This document shows, one piece after another, positions 36,116 to 48,575 of a DNA stretch of 64,000 nucleotides. A model generated the notes under the pieces. That model made no database searches, was not told the origin of the DNA, and saw only the letters and a program-made list of their open reading frames with translations. How positions within the stretch are numbered: the stretch's first letter is position 1; every line of letters starts with the position of its first letter. The DNA lies in the IMG/VR virus record IMGVR_UViG_3300029998_000020, positions 9,130 through 73,129 of that record. One strand, 5' to 3'. The DNA is from a virus. A program made the translations under genes and the position numbers.

Positions 36116-37456
36116 ATGGCTAAAAAAGAAAAAAGTGATAAAATATTTGTACTTGATACAAGTGTAATACTTTATGATCACAATGCAATTTACAATTTTG
36201 AAGAAAATGATGTTGCAATTCCTATTACAGTATTCGAAGAATTAGATGATTTCAAAAAGGGTAATGACACAATTAATTATGAGGCAAGAGAATTTATTAG
36301 AAAAACAGATAAATTAGCATCTAAATGTAATTTGAGCGATTGGATTCCTATTGGTAAAGGAAAAGGTAGAGTTAAGGTTGTGATGAATGAAACAACTGGA
36401 ACAACTGATGCTTGTTTAGTTTTTAAATCTACAAAGCCAGATCATTTAATTTTAAATACTGCGTTGTCATTGGTAGAAGAATATCCTGACAAAAAGATTA
36501 TACTTGTATCAAAAGATATAAATTTAAGATTGAAAGCTAAATCTTTAAATGTTAATTCTGAAGATTATTTAACAGGTAAAATTAAAGATACTGATAAATT
36601 ATTTACAGGTAGATCAACAATTGAATTAGATACAGATGATATAATTACTAAACTATATCAAGATAATGTTTGTACACCACAAGAACTTGGTATTACAGAT
36701 TTATTAAATAATAAATATTTAATTATTAAATCATCTATTTCTGCTGCATCAGCTTTAGCATATTATAATTCATCAAAACAGCAAGTGGAAAGAATAGATA
36801 AAGAAACATGTTATAAAATAACACCAAGAAATTCTGAACAAGTATTTGCGTTACATGCATTATTAAATCCTGATGTTAAATTAGTATCATTACAAGGAGT
36901 TGCAGGAACAGGAAAAACATTGTTAGCTTTGGCTGCTGCACTTAGTCAGAAGAGAAATTTTAAACAAATATTTTTGGCGAGACCAATTGTGCCATTAAGT
37001 GGAAAAGACATAGGCTATCTTCCTGGCGATGTTGATCAGAAGACATCAGTGTACATGATGCCTCTGTTCGATAATCTAAAATTTATACAAAGTCAGTTTA
37101 AAGATACTGATAAGGAATATAAATTCATTCAAGATTGTATTAAAGACGAAAAAGTAATAATAACTCCTTTGACATATATTCGTGGACGTAGTATTTCAAA
37201 TGTTTTTTTTATTGTTGACGAATCTCAGAACCTTACTCCTCATGAAATAAAAACTATTATAACAAGAGCAGGAGAAGGTACAAAGATTGTGTTCACTGGA
37301 GATATAAATCAGATCGACACACCTTATTTAGATGCTCAAAGTAATGGATTATCACATTTAATTGCTAAAATAAAAGGACAACCTATTTATTCTCATGTGA
37401 CTCTTGAAAAAGGAGAACGTTCTGAATTAGCAAATATTGCAAATGAATTACTTTAA
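36116..37456 (+). CDS. phoH: PIN-PhoH (PhoH2/YlaK-type) protein
   Basis: VLDTSV PIN motif; GVAGTGKT; IRGRS; VDESQN; GDINQID. Confidence 0.92.
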   Translation: MAKKEKSDKIFVLDTSVILYDHNAIYNFEENDVAIPITVFEELDDFKKGNDTINYEAREFIRKTDKLASKCNLSDWIPIGKGKGRVKVVMNETTGTTDACLVFKSTKPDHLILNTALSLVEEYPDKKIILVSKDINLRLKAKSLNVNSEDYLTGKIKDTDKLFTGRSTIELDTDDIITKLYQDNVCTPQELGITDLLNNKYLIIKSSISAASALAYYNSSKQQVERIDKETCYKITPRNSEQVFALHALLNPDVKLVSLQGVAGTGKTLLALAAALSQKRNFKQIFLARPIVPLSGKDIGYLPGDVDQKTSVYMMPLFDNLKFIQSQFKDTDKEYKFIQDCIKDEKVIITPLTYIRGRSISNVFFIVDESQNLTPHEIKTIITRAGEGTKIVFTGDINQIDTPYLDAQSNGLSHLIAKIKGQPIYSHVTLEKGERSELANIANELL

Positions 37457-37484
37457 TCTATCCCTTTTAAAATTATTATAAACT

Positions 37485-37516
37485 AAAAAAGCTACTCATT
37501 ATGAGTAGCTTTTTTT
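37485..37516. terminator. Bidirectional terminator
   Basis: AAAAAAGCTACTCAT-T-ATGAGTAGCTTTTTT. Confidence 0.75.
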
Positions 37517-38189
37517 ATTCCTTTTTTTCTTTTTTAAGTTTAACTGCATCTTTTATGCTAAATTTCTTTATTACCATTGGTTCATCTACTGATTCTACAT
37601 AAACATCTCTACCATTTATTCTATTGACATATCCTTTAACTATATCATTATCAATAAATACACCAGCATTTAGTATAGGTCTTTCTTTTGGTGTTTGTGG
37701 GTCAATAATATTAAAGTCTGAAATCTTCTTTATTTCTTGTGCTTTAACTGCTCCAATACCAAAAAGAGGATTTGATTTGTATTCTTTTTCTTGACCTAAC
37801 ATTGTATATTTAGGCATTTCATTAGACTCTTTTACCACATCTTTTGCAACATCTGTTCTTTTAGTTTTTGTAGATTCTAAATCTTTCCAATTTTCATCAA
37901 AATCTTTAAATTTCAAAACATTTTTTATATCTTTCATATTACTATATTTATTTTCTTTTACTGTTTTATTTACTAATTTAGATTTGAATGCTATAGTTTG
38001 TAGTTTACTATCTTTAGCAGCAAATTCTTCCCAACTACTGATATGATTATCAACAGGATTTCCTATATATTGAAGATTTGGTATACCTTTATTCAATCTA
38101 TCATTTGTTGTTAAATCTCCAATGTCTTTTCCTTTTGTTTCTTTTCTTAACTTTTTTAATTGTTTAATTGTAGTATCTCTGGGTAACAT
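37515..38189 (-). CDS. Late protein with TKRTDVAKD motif
   Basis: VKENKYSNMKDIKNVLKFKDFDE...TKRTDVAKDVVKES. Confidence 0.7.
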   Translation of the reverse strand: MLPRDTTIKQLKKLRKETKGKDIGDLTTNDRLNKGIPNLQYIGNPVDNHISSWEEFAAKDSKLQTIAFKSKLVNKTVKENKYSNMKDIKNVLKFKDFDENWKDLESTKTKRTDVAKDVVKESNEMPKYTMLGQEKEYKSNPLFGIGAVKAQEIKKISDFNIIDPQTPKERPILNAGVFIDNDIVKGYVNRINGRDVYVESVDEPMVIKKFSIKDAVKLKKEKKE

Positions 38190-38262
38190 ATTAATTAGTT
38201 ATTTTTTATGTATATATTAAATATCATTTTCCGTTTTTTTATATAAAAAAATGTTGTGAAAA

Positions 38263-38790
38263 TTAATCCACAACATTTTTATTTTCTTTATTCATTTTTT
38301 CTAATAATTCAAGAATTTTTGTTTTCTCTGTGAAGGTTTGAATTTTTTCATCTGAAATTTCTAACGGTATAAAATGTAAAACTATTTCACCTCCTGCCAA
38401 TTTATGTAATTTACCTTCAACAGTATGCCAATCTAAAATTCTATGTATTCCTTTTATAGGTGGAATAACATTAACATTTTTTGAAATTTTAATAGCATGT
38501 TTTTTGAGTCTTTTATAAATTTCAATGCTAGGTGTTCCTTGATTGCTAATAACTCCAATCTCTTTACCATTCTCATCAAATAGTTTAGAATAAACAGTAA
38601 AATCAATATTACAACGTGTTACTGTATATCCAAGTTCTATACATATATCTTCCATGAATCCAACATTAAATATATCGCTTATTACATAGTAAGCTATTAT
38701 ACCATATTTTTCAATTATTGGATTTTTAATGTTGTTGTTTTTTTCTATGAATTCTTCTTTTGTCATTTTGATATTTTTACCAACAGTCAT
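38263..38790 (-). CDS. Hypothetical protein
   Basis: 175 aa ORF. Confidence 0.6.
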   Translation of the reverse strand: MTVGKNIKMTKEEFIEKNNNIKNPIIEKYGIIAYYVISDIFNVGFMEDICIELGYTVTRCNIDFTVYSKLFDENGKEIGVISNQGTPSIEIYKRLKKHAIKISKNVNVIPPIKGIHRILDWHTVEGKLHKLAGGEIVLHFIPLEISDEKIQTFTEKTKILELLEKMNKENKNVVD

Positions 38791-38995
38791 AATCAGTTAT
38801 ATTTTTTTCTTCTTTAAGATAATTATCTATTATAGTTACTGCTGTTGCTATTCCTGTTGGAGTAAATCTATAACTAAATCTACCACCTATTCCTGTTTGT
38901 GGAGATTTTTTTATTTTTTTTTGTTTTTCCATCCACTCATTTGCGGATTTTTCTTCTTTCTCTGTTAAATCAAATTTAATCATATTTTTAATCAT
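38777..38995 (-). CDS. Small phage protein
   Basis: GIGGRFSYRFTPTGIA. Confidence 0.65.
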   Translation of the reverse strand: MIKNMIKFDLTEKEEKSANEWMEKQKKIKKSPQTGIGGRFSYRFTPTGIATAVTIIDNYLKEEKNITDYDCW

Positions 38996-39857
38996 TTGGT
39001 TCTATGTGAATATAAATTTCACTTCTCTTTATTTTATTTTTTATTTCATTCTCAATTTTATCACAGACAGAATGAGCTTCTAATAAAGTTAATTCAGAAT
39101 TTAAATGTAAGTCAAATTTTATAAATGTATCTGCACCTGAGCTTCTAACTTTTAAATCATGAAATAGTTTTACATCTTCACAACTATTTAATATATCTAC
39201 TATAATATCACTCACACCTACTGGTGCTTTATCTAACAGAACATCAATTGCATTTTTAGCTAATCTATAAGAAACTAATATAATTATAAAGGCAACACCT
39301 AATGCAGCAACAGAATCAGCCCAATAAACATTAAAATTTATAAGAATCAAACCAACTAATACAACACATGAACTCCATATATCTGTTTTAAAATGAATAG
39401 AATCTGCTTCTAATGCTTGACTGTTATATTTTTTTGCTACTTTTTTTAACATTCTTGAACGATTTATATCAATTATAATAGATGATATAATAACCACATA
39501 ACTCCATATAGTTACTTCAACATCAAAATCGTTAGAAATTAATTTTGATAATGATTCTGAAATTATCCAAATGCTTGTAACACCTAATAACATTGCTTCT
39601 GCAAATGCTGATAAATTCTCTACTTTACCGTGCCCATAATTATGTTTATAATCTGCAGGTTTATCTGATACTCTAACAGAAAAATATGTAATAATAGCAG
39701 CAACCATATCCAATGTTGAATGTAATGCTTCTGATAATATTCCTAAACTGCCTGTCATCAATCCAATTATAAGCTTGAATAATGTCAATGCTCCTGATGC
39801 AATAACAGATAAAAAAGCTGCTTTCTTTTTTTCAGTTGTGTCTAATTTTTGTTCCAT
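38988..39857 (-). CDS. Cation diffusion facilitator (FieF-like) transporter
   Basis: SEALHSTLD, HNYGHGKVE, ADSIHFKTD, C-terminal IHIEP. Confidence 0.92.
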   Translation of the reverse strand: MEQKLDTTEKKKAAFLSVIASGALTLFKLIIGLMTGSLGILSEALHSTLDMVAAIITYFSVRVSDKPADYKHNYGHGKVENLSAFAEAMLLGVTSIWIISESLSKLISNDFDVEVTIWSYVVIISSIIIDINRSRMLKKVAKKYNSQALEADSIHFKTDIWSSCVVLVGLILINFNVYWADSVAALGVAFIIILVSYRLAKNAIDVLLDKAPVGVSDIIVDILNSCEDVKLFHDLKVRSSGADTFIKFDLHLNSELTLLEAHSVCDKIENEIKNKIKRSEIYIHIEPND

Positions 39858-39868
39858 TTTTCTTATAA

Positions 39869-40111
39869 TTAATTTACTTCACTAAGAGTTTTGAGTTTTT
39901 GTTTACGAATCATTTTTTTTACAAATAAATGATAATCATATAGTTTTATTGATATTTTAATATTTCTATATTTTGCCAATTCCATATCAAAATACTTTAC
40001 TGTGTAGCAAGCTACTTCATCAGAGTAAGAGTGTATTTTTATATCTTCTATTGTATTTTCCCCTAATGCATTTATAGATAATAAATAACTCTTTACTGTT
40101 GGATTTTTCAT
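39869..40111 (-). CDS. Small protein with C-terminal tag
   Basis: Ends MIRKQKLKTLSEVN. Confidence 0.65.
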   Translation of the reverse strand: MKNPTVKSYLLSINALGENTIEDIKIHSYSDEVACYTVKYFDMELAKYRNIKISIKLYDYHLFVKKMIRKQKLKTLSEVN

Positions 40112-40566
40112 GGTTTTAGTTTACCTATTGTTTCAATTTTTATATTAATTAATGATACTAATCTATTTATTTCTTGTGAATGTATACCTCCCTGTGACAT
40201 AGTCCACATTTTTTTTATTTCTACATCAAACAAATCTTTCAATTCTTTAACTGTATCAGTATCATTTATCAAAGATTCAACTTTATCACGATAATCAAAA
40301 AATACATCACTTTTTCTACTTATATTAAATGAAAATGTTATTAAAATTGAAAACATAAATGACAAACCAACAGAGAATTTCAACATAACATTATGAATCC
40401 TAATATCATCATTAGGAATAACATAATAGAATAATAGATAACAAAAACTAACAAAAAATACAAATGATAACACAAAAACAATCCATAAAGAACATGTATC
40501 AAAATACTTACTTAATGTTTTCATAATTTTTATTTTTATAAGTGTAAATAATAAAGAATTGACCAC
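40108..40566 (-). CDS. Two-TM membrane protein
   Basis: Two hydrophobic helices; start probably MKTLSK. Confidence 0.6.
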   Translation of the reverse strand: MVNSLLFTLIKIKIMKTLSKYFDTCSLWIVFVLSFVFFVSFCYLLFYYVIPNDDIRIHNVMLKFSVGLSFMFSILITFSFNISRKSDVFFDYRDKVESLINDTDTVKELKDLFDVEIKKMWTMSQGGIHSQEINRLVSLINIKIETIGKLKP

Positions 40567-40582
40567 AATAAAATTGATATTT

Positions 40583-40945
40583 TCATAATCCTATGCTTAT
40601 AAATAACATTATACAATTACTTTTAAAAATGCTAGAAAAAATACAATATGCATTTAAAAATTCAGCAAATTCAGATGTGATTTCCCTATATTTTATGTCA
40701 GCATCTTTTTGAGATATTTTTTTATCAAGTAATTTATTTTTTATATCAATCATTCTGATAGCAAGGCTAAATACTTTTTTAACCAATTTATCTGAAAAAA
40801 CTCCAACAAATTCAAAAGTTTCCATTAATTTATTGAATGCTTTATAATTATCAATATTATTCTCGTTTATCCAAGAATTTTCTAAGTCATATCCATATTC
40901 TGATTTCATGCTCATTTTATTTAGTTTTTTATAATTATTGTACAA
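40583..40945 (-). CDS. Hypothetical protein
   Basis: ORF behind TATCTTTG at 40943-50. Confidence 0.55.
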   Translation of the reverse strand: MYNNYKKLNKMSMKSEYGYDLENSWINENNIDNYKAFNKLMETFEFVGVFSDKLVKKVFSLAIRMIDIKNKLLDKKISQKDADIKYREITSEFAEFLNAYCIFSSIFKSNCIMLFISIGL

Positions 40946-40999
40946 AGATAATAAAAAAATGAGCTATAATAATCTATAGCTCATTTTATTTTTAATGAT

Positions 41000-41290
41000 T
41001 TAATGTTTTTTGTGTTTATAATATAATTTTTTACTATATTTTTCTTCTTGTTTTTTTCTTTCTTCTAATTTTTTATTAATTTCATTATAAGTGTTATTGG
41101 ATAATTTTTCCAAGTATTTCAACTTTTTCTTTCTATCTTCTTTTTTCCTTACTTGTGATTCGTATTTTTCTATTATTTTAGCAGTAATAGAATCAATAAT
41201 TACATAATTACCAGATCCGTTCAAATTTTTCTGGTGAATAATATTCGCAGCATTTAGTATTTTTTGATATAGTTCACTGTTTTTTGACAT
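41000..41290 (-). CDS. 96 aa protein: T4-gp23-like major capsid segment plus tag
   Basis: LYQKILNAANIIHQKNLNGSGNYVIIDS then RKKEDRKKKLKYLEKL. Confidence 0.65.
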   Translation of the reverse strand: MSKNSELYQKILNAANIIHQKNLNGSGNYVIIDSITAKIIEKYESQVRKKEDRKKKLKYLEKLSNNTYNEINKKLEERKKQEEKYSKKLYYKHKKH

Positions 41291-41304
41291 GTTACATTTT
41301 TAAT

Positions 41305-41331
41305 AAAAAAAGTCTCATAAAGAGACTTTTT
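41305..41331 (-). terminator. Terminator after tRNA-like gene
   Basis: AAAAAAGTCTC-ATAAA-GAGACTTTTT. Confidence 0.7.
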
Positions 41332-41333
41332 AT

Positions 41334-41405
41334 TTGAGCAAGAGGTCTGATTTGAACAGAATCTTTTTACTGGAAGTAAAAAGCATTAACATATGCTACC
41401 TCTGC
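41334..41405 (-). tRNA. tRNA-Gly(TCC), degenerate/atypical
   Basis: D arm GCAT/ATGC, anticodon arm TTTTA-CTTCCAG-TAAAA, T arm TCTG-TTCAAAT-CAGA; acceptor GCAGAGG/CCTCTTGC has a bulge; ends TCAA. Confidence 0.6.
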
Positions 41406-41576
41406 ATTTTAATAATATAGTAATAAAAAAAATTATAGTTTATAAATTATATATAAATTTTAAATTACCAGAATCAAAAATTCTATATATTTTTCTATCT
41501 AACATAATTTGTCAATTAATTGGTATCAAAAAATTAATAAATACCACCTTTTTATTTTTATATATAAAAATAAAAA

Positions 41577-41729
41577 ATGAAAAACAAATCAAAAATTTCG
41601 ATATCATTAAAAAATGAATTGATAGATTATTTAAATGACTTGAGTTTAAATAAATCTAAATTTATAGAAAAATTAATAGAAGAGTATAAAATAATAAAAA
41701 TAAATAATGATAATAACAAAAAAAGTTAA
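41577..41729 (+). CDS. Ribbon-helix-helix small protein; not in ORF track
   Basis: MKNKSKISISLKNELIDYLNDLSLNKSKFIEKLIEEY... Confidence 0.6.
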   Translation: MKNKSKISISLKNELIDYLNDLSLNKSKFIEKLIEEYKIIKINNDNNKKS

Positions 41730-42696
41730 AATTCATATTAAAGGAATATCAATAAAAAGATATAAAAAATTAGGTTATAATGTTGATACTAAAGGATTAA
41801 ATACTATTAATGTTGAAGATCTTCCTAAATGTAGTAATATTAAAGTCATGGTGAAATGTGATAATTGTGATTATGAAAAAGAATTAAAGATTCAAGATTA
41901 TTATTTATCTTTTAAAAATAATAAATATTGTTGTAATAAATGCTCATATGAAAATTATAAAAAAACAATGTTAGAAAGATATGGAGTTGAAAATGGATTT
42001 CAATATAAAGACATAAAAGAAAAATCTAATAGCACTAAAATAAAATTATATGGAGATGAAAATTACAATAATAGAGAAAAAGCGATAGAAACATGTTTAG
42101 ATAAATATGGTGTTGAAAATCCTAATCAAAATTATAAAATAAAAAAAAAATCTAATAATACTTGCTTAGAAAAATATGGATTTGAAACAGCATCTAAAAA
42201 TGAAAAAGTAAAGGAAAAAATAAAAAAAACAAATTTGAAAAGATGGAACAGTACATGTACATTACATTCAGAAAAACAAATTGATAAAATTAAACAAATA
42301 TTTATTGATAAATATGGAGTTGATAATCCTATGAAGAATTTAGAAATATTTTTAAAAGCCCAAAAAACAGCTCTAAATCGTAAAAAATTTAAAGAAACTG
42401 AATTATTATATCAAGGTACATATGAATTAGATTTTTTAAATAATTATTATGAAAAAATTAATATTGAAAATGGTAAATCAATAAAAATAATTTATAATAA
42501 TAATAAAACTGTGTATCATTCTGATTTTTTTTTATCTGAAAAAAATTTAATTATAGAAATAAAATCATCATATTGGTATAATAGATATTATGATAAAAAT
42601 ATAATTAAACAAAAAGAATGTGAAAAATTAGGATATAATTATATCATAATAATAGATAAAAATTATAATGATTTTAATAAATTAATAATGATTTAA
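41707..42696 (+). CDS. Putative free-standing endonuclease: Zn ribbon, KYGVEN repeats, PD-(D/E)xK C-terminus
   Basis: CDNC/CNKC; YGVEN/YGVDN repeats; YHSDF...IIEIKS. Confidence 0.7.
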   Translation: MIITKKVKIHIKGISIKRYKKLGYNVDTKGLNTINVEDLPKCSNIKVMVKCDNCDYEKELKIQDYYLSFKNNKYCCNKCSYENYKKTMLERYGVENGFQYKDIKEKSNSTKIKLYGDENYNNREKAIETCLDKYGVENPNQNYKIKKKSNNTCLEKYGFETASKNEKVKEKIKKTNLKRWNSTCTLHSEKQIDKIKQIFIDKYGVDNPMKNLEIFLKAQKTALNRKKFKETELLYQGTYELDFLNNYYEKINIENGKSIKIIYNNNKTVYHSDFFLSEKNLIIEIKSSYWYNRYYDKNIIKQKECEKLGYNYIIIIDKNYNDFNKLIMI

Positions 42697-42735
42697 AATA
42701 AAACAACTTAGATTTTAATCTAAGTTGTTTTATTT

Positions 42736-44217
42736 TTATATATTTGTTTCTTCTAATTTTTTTAATTCATCTTTTAACTTTTCAAGTTCTTCGTGTTTTT
42801 GATTCATTACTTTCTTCCATTTTTTTCTATCAGAATAAACTTCTCCCATTACTTGAGTAACAACACCATCTTCATTCTTAAATACTGATCCATTGAGAGT
42901 TACAATATCATCAGGTTCAATTGTTAATTGATGTCCATTAAATAATGAGTAATCTTTACCTTTTACTTTTTGTCCTTTATATGAGTCTGCTGATATGTTA
43001 AATTCTCTCATTGTGGTAGGATACAGGGATGCGAAGTCAAAACAACAAGTCCATGTTGCCATTCCTCTCACTGGATCTTTAACCCATCCACCTTTAATAG
43101 ATTCAGATTCAGAATCACTATATTCACTATCTTCATTTCTTACAAGTACAATATTCTTTTGATCTCTTAATTTTTCTCTTAAAATTCCTTCTGTCAGTGC
43201 AAGTGTTGAAATTGCATCTTTAATTTTAATTTTACCTAATACAGCCATACCATAAAGAATATCTACATATTTCATTTTAACGTGAATTCTTTGTACCAGA
43301 CAACTATCTACAGCATTATAAAAAACGAATTTCTTAAAATCTTCTCTATGTAATCTTTTTAAATCTCCATCATAGTTAATTTTCTTGACTTCTTTACCAA
43401 GAATTTTTTCTGATGCAAAATCAAGAGATAAACTTTCTTTAACTTTAACAGATTGATCCCATTTCTTAAATAATTCCATATAATCCACTATAACTCTATG
43501 AGCTGGTAATTCAGCATAATCTAAATGTATTGCATTAGGAGGATTGAATGGTTTGTTAAGTTTCTTTGTGAAAGATGCTACTTCAGGTTCTAGTCCTAAT
43601 TTTCTTGCCCTTGCAACTAAGAATGTCCAGTCATATGCAATAAAATTCCAGCCAGTCATTACTGGCATTTTTGGAACTAATTTATTGAAAAATGCATGAA
43701 GCATATCAAATTCAGTTTTATAATGAACATATTTAAATTTATAATCAGTATCAAATTTTTTGAAGTGAGTATTTAAATCTGATTCAATGTTTTCAATTTG
43801 TTTTGAATCCAGTGATTCTGTTCCAATTACTAACACTTTATTCTTATTTACAATTGATATTGTTTGAATCGCACTTTCTGCTAAATGAGGTTCAGGTTTT
43901 TTATCTAATATTTCATTTTCAATATCGACAAAGAATATATCTGGTTCATTATAACTATATATTTCATTTTTTTCATCTTCATCAAAACTATCAATAAAAT
44001 CATAAATAGAATATCTATTAGGATATTTTGTGAATATTTCTTTTACAGCACTACCATCCCATGTAACATATCTACCAGATTTTTCTGAATCATCATCAGT
44101 AGTTTTTATGAATTTTGTACATCTTGCCCAAGGTTTATATTTTAATTTTATTTGACCTGATTTATCTATGTAACTTATTATAAGGTTATTATTTCTGTAT
44201 TCTGTGTCTATAAGCAT
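42736..44217 (-). CDS. Family-B DNA polymerase, N-terminal half (3'-5' exonuclease plus motif A); split gene
   Basis: VDIE, GWNFIAYD, YNAVD, GGWV, FDFASLYP, DRKKWK; lacks KxxxNSxYG and YGDTDS. Confidence 0.88.
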   Translation of the reverse strand: MLIDTEYRNNNLIISYIDKSGQIKLKYKPWARCTKFIKTTDDDSEKSGRYVTWDGSAVKEIFTKYPNRYSIYDFIDSFDEDEKNEIYSYNEPDIFFVDIENEILDKKPEPHLAESAIQTISIVNKNKVLVIGTESLDSKQIENIESDLNTHFKKFDTDYKFKYVHYKTEFDMLHAFFNKLVPKMPVMTGWNFIAYDWTFLVARARKLGLEPEVASFTKKLNKPFNPPNAIHLDYAELPAHRVIVDYMELFKKWDQSVKVKESLSLDFASEKILGKEVKKINYDGDLKRLHREDFKKFVFYNAVDSCLVQRIHVKMKYVDILYGMAVLGKIKIKDAISTLALTEGILREKLRDQKNIVLVRNEDSEYSDSESESIKGGWVKDPVRGMATWTCCFDFASLYPTTMREFNISADSYKGQKVKGKDYSLFNGHQLTIEPDDIVTLNGSVFKNEDGVVTQVMGEVYSDRKKWKKVMNQKHEELEKLKDELKKLEETNI

Positions 44218-44376
44218 ATATTATATATTTTTATTTTATTATCTAATAAAGTTTCAATGAACTTTTACTTATTTAGTCCAATTCATATTAAAGGTTTAAT
44301 AAAAATATCATAAAAAATATCATAAAAAATGTGCATCGTTTAACGATGCACATTTATATTTTAATTGTCAATTTAT

Positions 44377-47952
<3,576 letters not shown>

Positions 47953-48166
47953 TGTTATTTAATTGTTTTTTTGATATTATATAGAATTATCATTTTTATT
48001 TATGATATATATTAAAATAAAAATGTATTTAAGACTAATCAGAAGCATTTTTTGATAAAATGTCAAGTTTTAACTTTTTTTAACTTCAAAATAAAAATAA
48101 ATATATTTTAATCAAAAATGAACCATTTAATGTTAATATATAGATGTATAAAAATAAATATATTTA

Positions 48167-48571
48167 ATGATAAATAATCAAGAGAATGATAACGATAAAA
48201 TTGTTCAATTTACTGGAAAAGTAGCTAAAATGCCAAGAAACACTAAAGCTAAAAGTGCATATACTTTTTTGGAAAATATAAAAGTGAGTAAAAGCAAGTT
48301 GTGGTATATTCTCATTGAAAAGGATGAGAATGAACTTCAGTGCATTAAATATAATAATAAGATGGGTGTAAATTTGAAAGTTTTTATTGAAGAATTGATG
48401 GAATATCATAAGAAAGACGATAAGCTATCTGAATATATGAAAAAACTCACGATTGAAGGTAATCAGATTTTTTCAATAATAAAGGGTATATCCGATGTAG
48501 AAGTTAAAGATGGTAAGAAAATGATTACATTTTTAACAGAAGAACTTATACAACTACTAAAAGATAAATAA
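48167..48571 (+). CDS. Late protein, paralog of 33733-34218
   Basis: EKDENELQCIKYN...EGNQIFSII; TAATATATA at 48134-42. Confidence 0.7.
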   Translation: MINNQENDNDKIVQFTGKVAKMPRNTKAKSAYTFLENIKVSKSKLWYILIEKDENELQCIKYNNKMGVNLKVFIEELMEYHKKDDKLSEYMKKLTIEGNQIFSIIKGISDVEVKDGKKMITFLTEELIQLLKDK

Positions 48572-48575
48572 TATT

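Noticed and set aside
916-41290. Tag region as an integron attC-like or repeat DNA element
   Set aside because: No conserved palindromic DNA or integrase is seen, and the synonymous variation points to a protein-level (or TIR) constraint.
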